Shown: positions 13,654 to 26,815, numbered from the whole stretch's first letter. The stretch is DNA of 57,738 bases, filler included, from Dugesia japonica (GCA_001938525.1; 5 parts of 5 records of this genome joined end to end with filler, not necessarily neighbours in it), one strand, 5' to 3'. Numbers and translations: made by a program. The notes: generated from the sequence alone by a model not told the origin.

Positions 13654-15059
13654 NTATATATATAATATACATAGCATTTAAATAAATATATATTCGAAAT
13701 CAACAAAAAAAGAAGAATCGAATCAATATTCTCCCTCTCCACATCCAAACTCATTAATCATTAAAAGTTGTGGATCCCTACTAGACTTCAATTATATGAT
13801 CCTATTTAATTGACTATTTAATTAAATGATTTTTATTTTGATTTATTTATTTGACTTTATTTATTTTGTGAGTGAAATTATTGATTAATTTTGTTATAAG
13901 AAATTTTGTGTATAAAAAATTATTGGAATTTAATCTTCATTTGGAAATTAATGATTTTGCAAAAATCAATACAGGTGACAGTTATTTTATTAGTTGATAT
14001 ATATTTTATTGTTATATGTGTGTGAAAATCCACTGATCAGAATTAGCATAAATACTAATCTGTTTCACTGGTTGTTCAGTAACTTTTAGTCAGTTGACAT
14101 CNAACCTCTCTGGGCAGCATCGTCAACCTGATTTAAAATATTACTGAATAAGGTTTTAGGCTTGTATCTATATTTTTTTTATACATCAAAATATATTATT
14201 GTAAAAGGTATATCTTTGATTTATTTATATTGGACACTTACACATATATTACATTATTTATAATTTTCAGTTAAAGATATATATTAATTAATATCGCATT
14301 AACATATAAAGGGTAAAATCAAACACCCGTAAACTCATAGACATACTATCGAACAATAGTTATAAAACAAACGAACCATAAAATAATTTGTTGAGTAGAA
14401 ATACCCAACAAATATAAATTAAACTATTAAATGACGATTTTAATATTTTTCATCATTACAAATTTAATTTTGACTTTATTAAATACTGATAATGTTGACA
14501 CCCTGAATTGTGCATTTGATGCTGACAATAACAGACAAATTTATTTTTCAATTATATCCAATACATGCAGAATTCCGAAAATCCATAAACTGGTGATATT
14601 AAAACAAAGACATAATTCGCCTGACAACTACAGCAGGTATAGCAAACCAGAGGAAAATTTTGATTTCTAAATTCGATGACAATCGTCTGCCGAGTAGAGT
14701 GGCGAGATAAAATACATGCCCATACACAAAAGATGAGAAACGTTAGTGTGAAAATGTAACCATCAACATTGTAAAATTAAACGGAAAGCAACATATGAGA
14801 AGGTGTTATTTCAAAATAATCGATGGTGTTTGGTCAACCAAAGAGTGAACGCAAACTCTTGCCCAGCGTAAAAATAAAATACAAACACCCAGAGGAAACC
14901 AGTCAGTTATAAATTTTAATATACAAAAACATCGCAATATTTTTAGCTTATTATTAGAAATATATATTTTATCAATTTGGATTATTATACAGTCGCATTA
15001 GTATTTTAGTAATACTACCATTAGCCAGAAAATTGGTATAATTAAAAGTAAAAGAATTT

Positions 15060-15660
15060 GGGCGAAAACACTGTCTTCAAATGAAGAAATGAAATTGATT
15101 TCTCTCAAGTTGATAAACAATAAATTCTTAAATAACGGCTATCCAAAAGAAATTATATCGAAATATTTATCTTTGAATACAAAACAAAAAAATTCAAACC
15201 AAAAACCAACACAGTTATTAAATTACCTTTTATTAATGAGAAATGAAGACAAATCACGCAAAATGAAATCTTAATTCAAAAACAATCCAAGAATTATATT
15301 CAAAACACAAGCAGCTTTGGACATCCAATTACAAACCAAGACAAAACGTTTGTGGTCCCAAATGTATTTGTGATGGTAGAAATATATGCAATAAGAAAAA
15401 TGTAACTTATAAAATAACATGCACATATATAGATGAAACATGCAGAACCATTCGAACAACAATTGAGGAACATCTGAAACAAAAAGAAAGAGAAGTCTTA
15501 AAACACTTTCAACACAAACATAAAATTTCACCAAAACAACATCACTTAACATGGATAAAACTAGGAACAAGATCCATTTCTACACTACATAGAAAAAAAC
15601 ATGAAGAATCTCTAATTAAAGAACACACTCCTAAAGTAAATGTAATTTATAATAATTAAA
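15060..15660 (+). mobile_element. Penelope-like retroelement remnant (RT C-terminus and GIY-YIG endonuclease)
   Basis: FLNNGYPKEII, then ICNKKNVTYKITCTYIDETCRTIRTTIEEHLK matching the PLE consensus NVVYKIxC..YIGETxRxLxxRxxEH. Confidence 0.8.
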
Positions 15661-15759
15661 AATAAATAAAAATAAACATTAACCAATTAAGTTTTAATAA
15701 AATTAAATTAATTCTAAATTAATTACCACTATAAACATAAATCTTGAATAAACTACAAT

Positions 15760-15800
15760 GTCAATTCCTGACAAAGAGAACGTCAAAATATAGTTATTAT
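15760..15800 (+). ncRNA. Degenerate hammerhead ribozyme in the Penelope 3' repeat
   Basis: gtcaattc-CTGACAA-agagaacgt-CAAAA aligns with the copies at 28751 and 48262; core mutated. Confidence 0.45.
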
Positions 15801-16078
15801 CAAAAACCAAAAAAACAAATTTTGATCGAGGCTTTTATTTTAAATGAATTCTGAAAAAAAATCAATGGTTTCATCCAAGAATTATTCTCACAATAATTGC
15901 AATTGTAAAATAATTAATTTGAATTAAAAATTGTGTTTTTGTTTTTCATCAAATTTTACTCATTCGTTCTATGATCTTTGAACACTCCTGTCTTAGAGCA
16001 TATCAAATCCTTTGCATTCTTGATTGAGAAACGTGATGAAAGAAACTGTCTTTTCAAACATTTCGTACTTTTTCTGAT

Positions 16079-16349
16079 GTAAATTAGAGAAATTATTTTG
16101 CAGTTCTTCACAATTCATTTAGCTCTAGTTGTTAATGCATTGATTTCAGCATGGTTTACAATAAAAGAAGACTTCACATTAATAACGTTTTATTCAAAAA
16201 TACTTTTTTATTAAAAAGTAACACCAGTTGTATTATTTAAACAAATTTGACCAGTGTTTTAACTATGTGGTTGCATTAGCTTATGATGATTTTGTCTCCA
16301 CTGTCCAATAAATACTATTGTGATATTACCGAATTGTTTTGTTTATCAA
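16079..16349. repeat. 271-bp segment duplicated at 28273-28543
   Basis: Identical by eye apart from one N. Confidence 0.95.
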
Positions 16350-17205
16350 TATTCAACTGTTTTCTGCATTACTAAAATACTAATGACAATAATAATTAAT
16401 ATTATAAAAATAATATTTCATCGATTTTATCATAAAACATTTCAAATTCCCAAGAAACCTTTGACGTTTAATTTAAAATTCATTTCATCAAATTCACTCC
16501 AAAATGAAATTTTGTATTGAAAATTATATTCTACTTTTAATTCAAGATAATATCATTTATTAAAATTTTTGTTTAAAATATTTATTAAATTCAGTCCACA
16601 GTAAAATAAACGTTAAATTTAAATTGAAAACATTATCAAATAAATTATAACACGCAACGGTAGACATTTATTTATCTATATTAAAAAAGAATTTCCAATT
16701 GTACTCAGAAATATTTGTTGCATTTATTCTACTTACGTTCTATAAGTAAATTATGTTATTTTAATAAAACCATGTTAATAAATTTGAATTTCGGCAATGT
16801 TTTAATTTTTGAGTGTTAATTTTTCTTAGTTAGGCTTTTGTGAGATGGAACGAAATTTTAAAGTGTTGACTGAGGTTTGAACTTTCACCCCTTAGTGAGG
16901 TGTGTACTTTCACACCTTGATGTAAATACTGAATTTTCACAAACAAAATGCTTTGATGTGTTATTTTTGACACCTTATTCTATAAATAATGAACTTTCAC
17001 ACCTGAGATCAAGATTTTTCGTATTTATTTTATTCTCAGGTAAAACTAGTGATGAGCCCCAATAGTTACATATATTTTAACTTGTAAACCTTCATAGTTG
17101 ATGCGTGAAGTTTCTCACTTCAAGCTTGACTTCATTGATGAATCTTAATATTTTATCATTATTATTATATATCAAATTAATATCAAAAATACGTAAAGAA
17201 AATAT

Positions 17206-17676
17206 TTATTTACATGACGACAGATAATGTACACATAGTTTTAAACATTTTTTGTAAGCACAATAATCTCCATTATAATATTGACAAAAAATATTTTCCG
17301 GTATATTTAATTGAGGAGGCTCATCAGAGTTATAATTGACAATTCGAAGATTCGGGAAAAAGTGTTTGAAAGTATTTATTTTCTTTTCATTTACCTGATT
17401 ATTCACATAAAACAGCGCATTTTTTGGAATTGCTTTCAAGTCATTGATTATTCTAAATGGATCAAAGTTTGAATCTCTATCAATCCACCTGAGATGATGA
17501 CGCCAGAGCCGTAAGTACTCATTTGTTGTTTGAGAAGATTTTGATAAACTACCCATTGATTCCTGCATGACAAACATGTAATAAAACGGTTGAAGAATAT
17601 TATCTACATCCATTATACATAATTCTTTCACCATTATTATCCTGAAAGGCTTCATAATCAATAAAAACACAGACAT
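17206..17676 (-). CDS. Polinton accessory protein, DEDD/DnaQ exonuclease-like, N-terminus probably frameshifted
   Basis: VKELCIMD..HHLRW..C-terminal CQYYNGDYCAYKKC; an alternative frame at the start reads IDYEAFQDNNGE (DxE motif); abuts the protease gene. Confidence 0.55.
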   Translation of the reverse strand: MSVFLLIMKPFRIIMVKELCIMDVDNILQPFYYMFVMQESMGSLSKSSQTTNEYLRLWRHHLRWIDRDSNFDPFRIINDLKAIPKNALFYVNNQVNEKKINTFKHFFPNLRIVNYNSDEPPQLNIPENIFCQYYNGDYCAYKKCLKLCVHYLSSCK

Positions 17677-17699
17677 TTTAAATTTTATTGATAATAACA

Positions 17700-18056
17700 T
17701 TAAAATTGTTTATACTGGCTTTTAAACCATTCAATACAATATTTTCCATATAGAAATGTCAAAAAATTCTGATACATGATATGATTGTATTCAAAATGTT
17801 TTTGCATACGATCCAACTTTGTAACCAACAATGGTGGGTAAAAATTACAAATTTGTTCAAATACACGAATAATATTTGGTTTGACATGAATTGCAATCCA
17901 ATGCTCACCATCCAAATTCGAGGTATGTGTATTGATTACATAGGATCCGTTTTGTAAAAAGTCCAGTAATCGTTCTAGTGAAAACACTCCTTTAAATTTC
18001 TTTCTGCCGAAATCACGTTTCAGTATAGTTTCTATCAGAAAAGTACTATTAATCAA
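17700..18056 (-). pseudogene. Adenain-like (C5) cysteine protease, catalytic residues decayed
   Basis: FKGVFS, VINTHTSNLDGEHW, FEQ in place of FDS, YQ, LYGKYC in place of TCGxYC. Confidence 0.85.
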
Positions 18057-18123
18057 TAAATTCTATTTATAAAAACAAATTATACTTCATGCTATGCAAT
18101 ACACACATACATGTATGTATTGT

Positions 18124-19393
18124 TTATACAACCACTACTCCATTTTTGGTGATTTGAATTTCCAAATCAAATACTCCATATGCATACATTGTCACTGATT
18201 CCGTCAAGGCTTTATGGAAACGCACATCCAACTTAAGATTTCCGGTTTTTGGTAATTGCGGTTGATCAACTACAAAGTGCGGAGCCAATACAAAGATGAA
18301 AAACGTATAAGAGTCTTTAAATTCCTTCATTGAAATACAATTGTTTCGATTCAACAGACTCATATTACGAATAATAGATTAAAAATATGCCTGAATATAA
18401 TCAGTATCAAAGTCAGTAGTATATGTTTTTCGATAATCAACGTTTCTTGCCAAGCATATTGACCTTACACCAAAATTTGAGAATGTCGAACAAAATGAAT
18501 CATAATCACCACTTGCTTGTTTTGATGATTGGAAACCAATTAAAATAAATTTTGTAATCGTTCATCGGAAAAGATATTATCTTTATATTTCCTATGTGAG
18601 TTCTTTGGAATTGTAAAATGCACGATTTTTGTTTTCTGGTAGAATTAAATTGGATTTTGATGTTCCAATCCTTAACGATGTCCAGTCATAACCGACTGAT
18701 CAACACAAACACGTCGCACTAATAATTTGTCTTCTATAATGTAAGGTTGTGGACTTATCTCATGTTTTCCTGCAGCGTTTTAGGATATTGGTAAATTATC
18801 GAACCAACATTTCAAATCAATTTGATTGTCACATTGACTCATGGCAACAAATACTTTGGTTGGTCAAAGAAATTCAAATTTAGTGCACCACAGAGCGTTG
18901 GCTTTGCAGACGCTTTTATCGAGCCTTTTCTCTTGTAATCTTCTTTATGATAACCAATGGCTTCAAGAAAAGTGTTTTATGTATCCAATCCAAAATCCAA
19001 TGCGGCTTCAATTACCGCCTTTTGCATATACGTATCATTTGTATCTTCAACCTTTACATTATTTAGTGTTAATGATGCTTCTTTGAATAGAGTGTGAAGC
19101 AAATAATTGAAAGGAATCAGATTGGTAGTATCAGTTGATGCAAATTCCGTCCCATTATGTTTCACCGTCTTCATTTTTATAATGAGTAATGTATCATTCA
19201 AATCCAAGTAATCATTATTTGAACTAATAATATTGAATTCAATTTGTTGTCCAGCATACCCGGTTATAGAATCTTTTAGGTAGATTTCTTCAAATGTGGA
19301 TCTTTTAACAACGACTTGCGGTATATTGTGGTCAAAAAGTGATAACCAGTTTTTCCGGCATACATAATTTTAATTTTGCAAAGATGGTTCCAT
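18124..19393 (-). pseudogene. Polinton major capsid protein (double jelly-roll, PY/hexon-like), copy 1
   Basis: YLDLNDTLL, NYLLHTLFKEASLTLNN, C-terminal YTFFIFVLAP..GNLKLDVRFHKAL..YGVFDLEIQI; broken frames. Confidence 0.88.
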
Positions 19394-19517
19394 CTAATCG
19401 TCGTCTTTTGTTTATAGTCGATAGTATTTTATTTTTCCGTTTACGTATTCCACTGTCATGCTGTCTACCAACAACTTCTTTGATTATTGTGCTATGATTT
19501 TTTGGTTAGTTTTTTTT

Positions 19518-19842
19518 CTAAGATTTTTGGGATCAAAAAATGTTTGATCGGATCAAATTTTTTTTGATCCTGGAAATGTGAGTATTTAAAAATTTTAAAA
19601 TTTGAGTGTGGGTTGTTTAGGGCTTTTTTAAAAAGTAGGTCAAGTTGAGTTTGTGTGTGTGTGAAAGTATGGTTTGGGATTCAAGGAGTAGCTGGAGATC
19701 TTGCAAATAATTTTTTTGTAATTTTTAAGATTTTTTTGTTGTTGGACAAAAATTCAGTCTACATTGTTTAAAGGACTTATGGTGCGTGATGGATGGTTTT
19801 CACTAGAAGGATAGTTGAGCCATGGAACAGTCGTATGAGTCT
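19518..19842 (+). repeat. Copy of polinton subterminal sequence (matches about 32912-33240)
   Basis: Shared taagatttttgggatcaaaaaa...aaggacttatgg...acagtcg. Confidence 0.85.
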
Positions 19843-20352
19843 TTTTTTATTTTAAACATATAATTTTAATTAAATCTTATAATTAAATAAAAAATCTTTT
19901 TTATAATTACCTTTTTGAATTGTTGGTAATATTTTTAATTTGGATACGAAATAATTTCTTTCAAAATTGTCCAGCATTTCTTCTATAACAAGGTCCAAAT
20001 TCATTATTATTAATGGACATTTAAATTAATTTTGTTTATATTTAACATGCATCTGATATGCGCAATGCATGCTTACGTCTTGTACAATGTATGTTTGCAT
20101 TAAAGAAACTTAATAAATAATAAAAACAAACAAATGATTATAACAACTTTTATTTAAATAAATACAATAATATACAAGTTTGGTCCTAAAGAGGACCGGT
20201 TATGCTTTCACAAATGATTTTTTGAGAATGTTTTCTTTTTTAATCTAAATAAAAATACAATTATAAACCAAATAAATAACTACCATTGTTGAGGTTTTGT
20301 TCTTGACTAGGCTGGATCAAATGAACGGTTTTATGGAAAAATAAATTATATT

Positions 20353-23300
20353 ATACTAAAGTGACCAATTCCGTAACACAATTTGATCTCAGGATTTTGT
20401 TAGTGTTGATGTAATTCTCGAAAATTGAAGCCTGGCGGAATTTAATTCCTCGATGAACCTCTGATACTTTAACTCCTAAACTTAAATACATCGGCAGAAA
20501 TCTCCAGTGCACTACGTAATTGTTCTTTGAGTAGTGCGTTTACATTAATTTCTTTACTTTACAACCTGGAGTGCTTCTATGTTCTGGTGCAACCGACAAA
20601 TCATTCATATAATTATGAAATTCTGCAGGAATCATCATGTCTACTTCTAGAGTGTATCCACATGGCAATGAATTTAGGTCTGCATTTTTACACTCTTCCA
20701 ACACTTTATCTAATTCATCATAGACCCATTCAAATTTATCAAAGGGCAACTTGTGACTAAGTGCCCCACCATATAGATTATTAATATCTATATACAAAAG
20801 GTCAACATTTTCATTGGTGACAACATGGTGCTTGTTAACGAATATTAACTCTCCTCTTATACCTCCTTCGAAAAAGGTATACATATCATTATCTTGGAGC
20901 AGCTCAATCGGTTTTCCTAATGACATCAACGCAGATGCCAATGACATTCCAGGTATTTCAAAGAAATACAACGGTTCCAAGTTGTTGCGTGCTAAAGACT
21001 TTGCACGGATTTGCGGGAAAAAATCTGCTAACAAATACGCATCCAGTTTTAAATATAACATCATATAGTCCAACAAATTCGTACAGTTGAATATTTCCCA
21101 CATCGATAATGCTTTCTCATACTCTTCTCTACTAACATCCTCTCATTTTGGTTCCATTTGCTATGTTTCTTCATGAACCTGTAAACTTGTTGCAAAGCTG
21201 TACGGAAATATCTCCTTTGACTTGGTAATAATCTGATTCCTAAATTTCTCTGTAGTCAAAGGTGTCGCTTTTAATGATTTAACAGCAGAGTCCAATGAGG
21301 AATTTATGAACTGATAGCTGCCGATGAATTTAATTGTTGTTTGATTTTGTTGTACAATTAAATATAGAAATTTTTCTGATGTTGTTTGGAGGCAAGATAT
21401 TGTCTAATTCCTTAACTTATTAATACCATACTTGCGGATATGATGAAGATCATATCCTCGTAAATTATGAAAAACCACTGGTAGTTGAATATAAAGTTTT
21501 TTACTTAAATTGAATTGGTTGCATGCTGCTCCTCTATATTTCCCTGTGAAATGGTCATGGTCACGAAAGGGATCTCTTATTACCTTCTTGCATAAGTAAC
21601 AAATCTTTGCAGCTTTGAATTCTTTATCTTGATCCTTCGTTATTATAATTCTTTTTTTTCCTTTCATTTTATAATAAGGAAACACTATGTTTTCACTTAT
21701 TTTCTCCATAGCTTTTAAAAACTTATACACACAGTCATCTCAAATAAACTGTCTGTATGTTGATTCGTTGGTAATTGTTTTTACTAGCAACAGACCAGCC
21801 GAAAGAGGTAAATGTTTCTGGAAATGCTTCTCGTCTGGTGGTAAAACCGACTCAAATTCCGCATGTATCACAAAAGGTGGTGTTAAAGTGTTGGAATAAT
21901 CCCTAAAAATCAAGTTCTTCTCCGATGGAATCGTATACATTGTGGTACCTGTATGTATTTTTTCACAGATTGGTTCATGTTTCTCATATGCTACTTGATT
22001 TTTGAATCCACTGAGTCAGTTAGGACACCATATTAACCGAATGCAAACACCTAGTCTTTTAATATTCTTGTTTATTAGACTATTTAGATTTATTACTGCA
22101 GTGTAATGAAATCTTTTGTTATTTTCCAGTAAAAACAGATATATTTTCTCTTCATCTATTACTTTTGATCAGTGTTTTATATCCAAATTTGGATGTTTCA
22201 TGATTACTTCAGCATCTTCATCCTCCACTGACTCTTGATTTAACGATAGTACATTGATGGATAGTTCAGGATTATTCTTTTCGAATGTTGGTATATCAAT
22301 CAGTTTCATCGGCATATTCTCTTCTTTGAATATAAGCTGCGACATGTATTTTTTATATAATGTTATGTGGTGTTTATTCTTTTGTCTAACTTGATCACTT
22401 TTGGCGCAAGCAAGAATGCTGTAAATAAAACAGTATTTGTCATCGTTCCTGATGTTTACAATTGCTCTTTTCATTTTTAAATCTTTCGGTGATGGAATAT
22501 AATTTTTTCCTGAAAGTCGACAAATATCTGCAAATTCTGTGATCTTGAAATTAATTTCCAGTATTCTATTCAACATCCAACTGGAGCCTAGTTTGCTTCT
22601 TATTGTTATTTTCTCATTCAATTGGTTGATACCCTCTTCAAAAAAGTTATCAGTTAATGCAACGGCTCTATTTGATATCCTACAGGTTTTAAACTCAAGT
22701 TCTTCTCTTTCAGCAGTTGTTGTTAACCTTTTGAACTCAACATGTACCCCAAATTGTATTTTAACTTGTTTCATTTCTTCTATTGTCTGAAATAATTTGT
22801 TTACTATAGCTTCTGATAACATTATTTCACGACAATTCCATATTGAAACATCTATTTTAAGTATCCTATGACAGCGATACACATCTATAATAACTCCATC
22901 ATCCACAATATTATTTGCTGATCCACCAACTTGATTATATTTTCCATTTTTTCTACATCCATAAATTGTTGTAACATGATATCTTCTTCAGTATTCATTA
23001 TCGATCTACCAACTTGATTATTTTCCTCTTCCATATCAATGAGCTCATGTAACACGATATCTTCTTCAATGAGTTCATCAATTATTTCAAAACTGCTCCA
23101 ATAATTTGATTCAATATTGATTGCATCTTCTTCTTCTGGTTCCAAATTGATCATTTCTTCATTATATTTAACTACTTTAGTCTGTTCATCCTTGATTGTT
23201 ATTTCTTCAACATCATCTTCAATAACAATCGTTTCAAAAGGCTCATCCTTGATTATTATTTCTTCAACGTCATTCTCAATAACAATTATTTCAACTGGTT

Positions 23301-23370
23301 CATTCTTAACGGTTACTTTTTCTATCTTAATTCTCTTATTTACTGATGCTTCATAAAATTCACTATTCAT
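20353..23370 (-). pseudogene. Protein-primed family B DNA polymerase (pPolB), copy 1; motifs B and C deleted
   Basis: GSSW (TP-like), NDDKYCFIYS (OTU-like), HAEFES, RDHDHFTGKYRGAAC (EndoVII/HNH), FHNLRGYD, YLKLDAYLL, YIDINNLYG. Confidence 0.93.
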
Positions 23371-23730
23371 CTGCCTATATAATATTGATTTTAATATAAT
23401 TGTTTTACTTTTACTAAAACAAGTCAAGTGTTTTTATGTGTCCTATAAAAATTTGTATAGACACCTAAGCCTAATACCTTACAATTAGGATACAAAAAAC
23501 AAGTTATTCCATAAAACCTTTAACTATAGTATCCTTCCATGATACTATGGCATTTACCATTGTGATTCGCACTTGTGCAATGGTTGTATAATTTGCAATG
23601 TTCTAATAATTTAATAATAATAATAATAATAATATTATAATTTCAATAGTAATTTCAATAATAAAATAATGATTTTCATAACATTATTTTCTTTAAAAAA
23701 TATATATGCTTTGATATTTTTTCCAAAAGG

Positions 23731-23942
23731 AAAATCTCATTGGTATTGCAATTTTTAATAAAAAATCTCATTAGTGATGCAATTTTTCAAAATAAATCTC
23801 ATTAGTGTTGCAATTCTTAATAAAAAATCTCATTGTCGTTGCCATTTTTAATAGAAAATCTCTATGACAATGCAATTTTTAATAGAAAATGTCATTGACG
23901 TTGCAGTTTTTGAAAATAAAACATATTGATGATGAAAATTTC
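23731..23942. repeat. About 7 x 31 bp tandem repeat upstream of pPolB
   Basis: aaaatctcatt(a/g)gtg(a/t)tgcaatttttaata units. Confidence 0.85.
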
Positions 23943-24750
23943 TCAGAAAAATGATAAAAGCATAGAACTTTTTCATTTAAAAAAAAGCACTTCTTCTTCA
24001 TAACAACATAGAGCATTTCTTCTTAATATTATAGCATGGAACATAGCATATTTGTTCTTCATAATAAAATAGCATATTATTTTATTATTAAAATTTAACT
24101 TATAAAAAAAATATTTAAAAACATAATAAGATTAAAACTAACGTGCATCACCATTTAGGATCATCCGAGATCCTTCACCTTCAAGTCTCATTTGGTTAAA
24201 ATTCTAAATTACGTAATTAATTAATGAATAATATATAATAACAATCTTACAGCATAGTTGAAATAAATCTTCTTCCATTTTGTTTATATGAATTCATGAT
24301 AATTTTAAAAATTAAAATTTAATAATGTTAATAATAATAATAAATTACTTTAAGCTCTCTTGAATTGTTCACTTGTTTTATAAAGATAATTTTAAATTGT
24401 GATGAAAAAATAATAAATTTTACCAAGGTTTTTAAATCTAATCAATCAAATTCGAGCATGTATGTATTTTAAAATGTCAAATTAATTAAAAATATTGCAG
24501 ACATATTACTTTGCGGTATTTTAAATCAATTAAAAAAATACAGGCATATTACGTTGTGGTATTTTAAATTAATAGTATTTTTTACTAATAAAACGTGTCA
24601 AAATAATAATAAAAACATGTATTAATAGAACATTACTTACAAATTTTTTATAAATAAATGCTGTTATTTTAACCTTAGTTTTAATAAATAACAAAGATTT
24701 CATTTCAATAAAAGACATTTATTTTTTACAACAAGAACAAATAAATATTG

Positions 24751-25131
24751 TCAAGAATAATGTTGTTTTTTCAACCATAATAAATAGTGTTGACCACATG
24801 TAGTTGTAAATGGATCTTGATATCGGATTTTATTGTAGACTATTGGCTTCAATATTTTTGATAAGTGTGACACAAACATTGATGGATAATAAAATGCTAA
24901 TGAATCAAATACTAGTATTTGAGCAGGGTTATTGTAATCAGCTTTACAATGTTCTCCACCTAGATTTGATGTATGGGTATTGACAATTAAGGTATTGTTT
25001 ACTGGAATATATTTTTGAGGTTTATCTAACGCATTAACACCTAACTTTGCTGATCCTAGCCACTGCGATGCAATCCGATCAATTTGAATAGTACTATTAA
25101 AAACAAAACCATTAATATAATAACACTTACT
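24751..25131 (-). pseudogene. Adenain-like cysteine protease, copy 2 (absent from ORF track, no start codon)
   Basis: Manual translation: IVNTHTSNLGGEHC..VFDSLAFYYP..YNKIRYQDPFTTTCGQHYLLWL*; His, Asp, Gln and Cys present. Confidence 0.88.
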
Positions 25132-25163
25132 TCATAACATATACCAATTACACAACATATTGT

Positions 25164-26434
25164 TTACACTAATACTGGTCCGTTTTCTTTAATCTGAATT
25201 TCTTTTTCAAATACTCCATAAATTATAACATGTGTCGATGTTGTTAAAGCTTTGGCAAACTTGATTTCCAATCTCAAATTTACTTGTTGAGGTAATTGAC
25301 TCTGATTTATATCGAAATCTAGATTAAGAACAAATGTAAAGAAAAGATAATTATACTTAAAATCTTGAAGTGGTATTCCACAATTCATATTCTTATCCAA
25401 ATATCCCATATTTCTTACTATAGATTGCATATATGTTGTAGCATAATTATCCTTTGTAAAATCTTGAGTATATCTTTCTCGATAATCAGTGTTTTCTGAC
25501 AAGGAAACAGAAACAGCATCTAGATTTTGAAATGTTGAACTCGAGATTTTAAAGCTACCATTATATTGTTCACCACTTTGAAATGTAACCAGAATAAAGC
25601 TAGGTAATTGACGATCACTAAAGATTTTTTCCTTATAAAACGATGAACTATCTTTACTAATTGCAAATGCAACCATTTCTTGGTCCTTATTGGATAGACA
25701 TCATTTTGCTTTTTTAAACCCATTTGATGAGCTGCTAGTACTGAAGGTTCAACTCATACAGGTCTAACCATTAATTTTGCATTTAGTAATACATATTTAG
25801 GTTCATAAGCTGCAGATTCTAAACAAATCTAATAAGATGATAATTTCAACCGAATATAAACATTAACACCAGGAATAAGGTATTTCGGTTGATCTATAAA
25901 ATCTAGTTGTAATGAACCACATAGAGATAATTGTTTTGATGTTTTAATAGACTTTTTTCTATCTGCTTCTGATCCATATCCCATTGATATAAGACACATA
26001 TTCTTACTATCACCATTATAATTTATTACAGTTTTAATTAATGCTTTGTGAAGATAAGATCCATTTCCACCTTCAATTTTGAAATTATTAAACGAAAGAA
26101 TTACATCCTTAAAAAGTGTATGCAACATAAATTTACTTGGAACTGCATCATGGGTGTCAGTCAAATCTTTACCAGCGTTATTAACCACCTTCACGTTAAT
26201 ATACAATAAAGTATCATTCAAATCCAAATATTCTGTTTGAGATCCATATATAAAAAACTCTCCGTCACTTTGTGATTCAGAAATTGAATTCATAGGAAAG
26301 ACATCTTCGAAAGTACCACTTTCAATTACAGCTTGAAGAGATAGTCGATCAAAAATACATAATTCAATTTTACCGCAAATCATTTTTACAGTATTGTTCC
26401 ATGTCCTCTCATTCGTTTGTTTATCGTGATCCAT
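25164..26434 (-). pseudogene. Polinton major capsid protein, copy 2
   Basis: KIELCIFD..QAVIESG, EYLDLNDTLLY, QPKYLIPGVNV, QLPSFILV, NLRLEIKFAKAL..IIYGVFE. Confidence 0.92.
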
Positions 26435-26814
26435 GAGATTTCTTACGTTTTTTACTATTTTGTGGTGTCATGACTTGATTTGTTAGCATGTTAGTTATTT
26501 CAGATGGTATTTTATTAGTAATACTTTGCGGTTTGTTACTTTTGGAATCATACTGGTTACTTCGCTAGGTAATGATGACATAACATTTCCAATTTCAGCT
26601 AATGCATTTGATTTCAATGTTGGTAGTATTTTCCCATCATTAGCTAGTACATCTTGAGCTGTTTTCATACCAAAAGAACCATACGTTTAAGAATCGGTAA
26701 AGCAAATCTCCCTATTGTTCTTAGCCAACCAGATCCATACTATTTTCCAAGAAAGTAGGGTAATTCTCCACATGCTTGACTAGTACTATACAATGATACA
26801 ATATCAGGATTCAT
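26421..26814 (-). pseudogene. Polinton core protein (PZ/pVII-like)
   Basis: MNPDIVSLYSTSQACGELPYFLGK*YGSGWLRTIGRFALPILKR with basic tail KKRKK; lies between penton and major capsid. Confidence 0.7.
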
Positions 26815-26815
26815 T

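Noticed and set aside
23731-23942. CRISPR-like periodicity (also 40800-42000 and 49817-49940)
   Set aside because: No unique spacers, degenerate units, no cas genes, eukaryotic context
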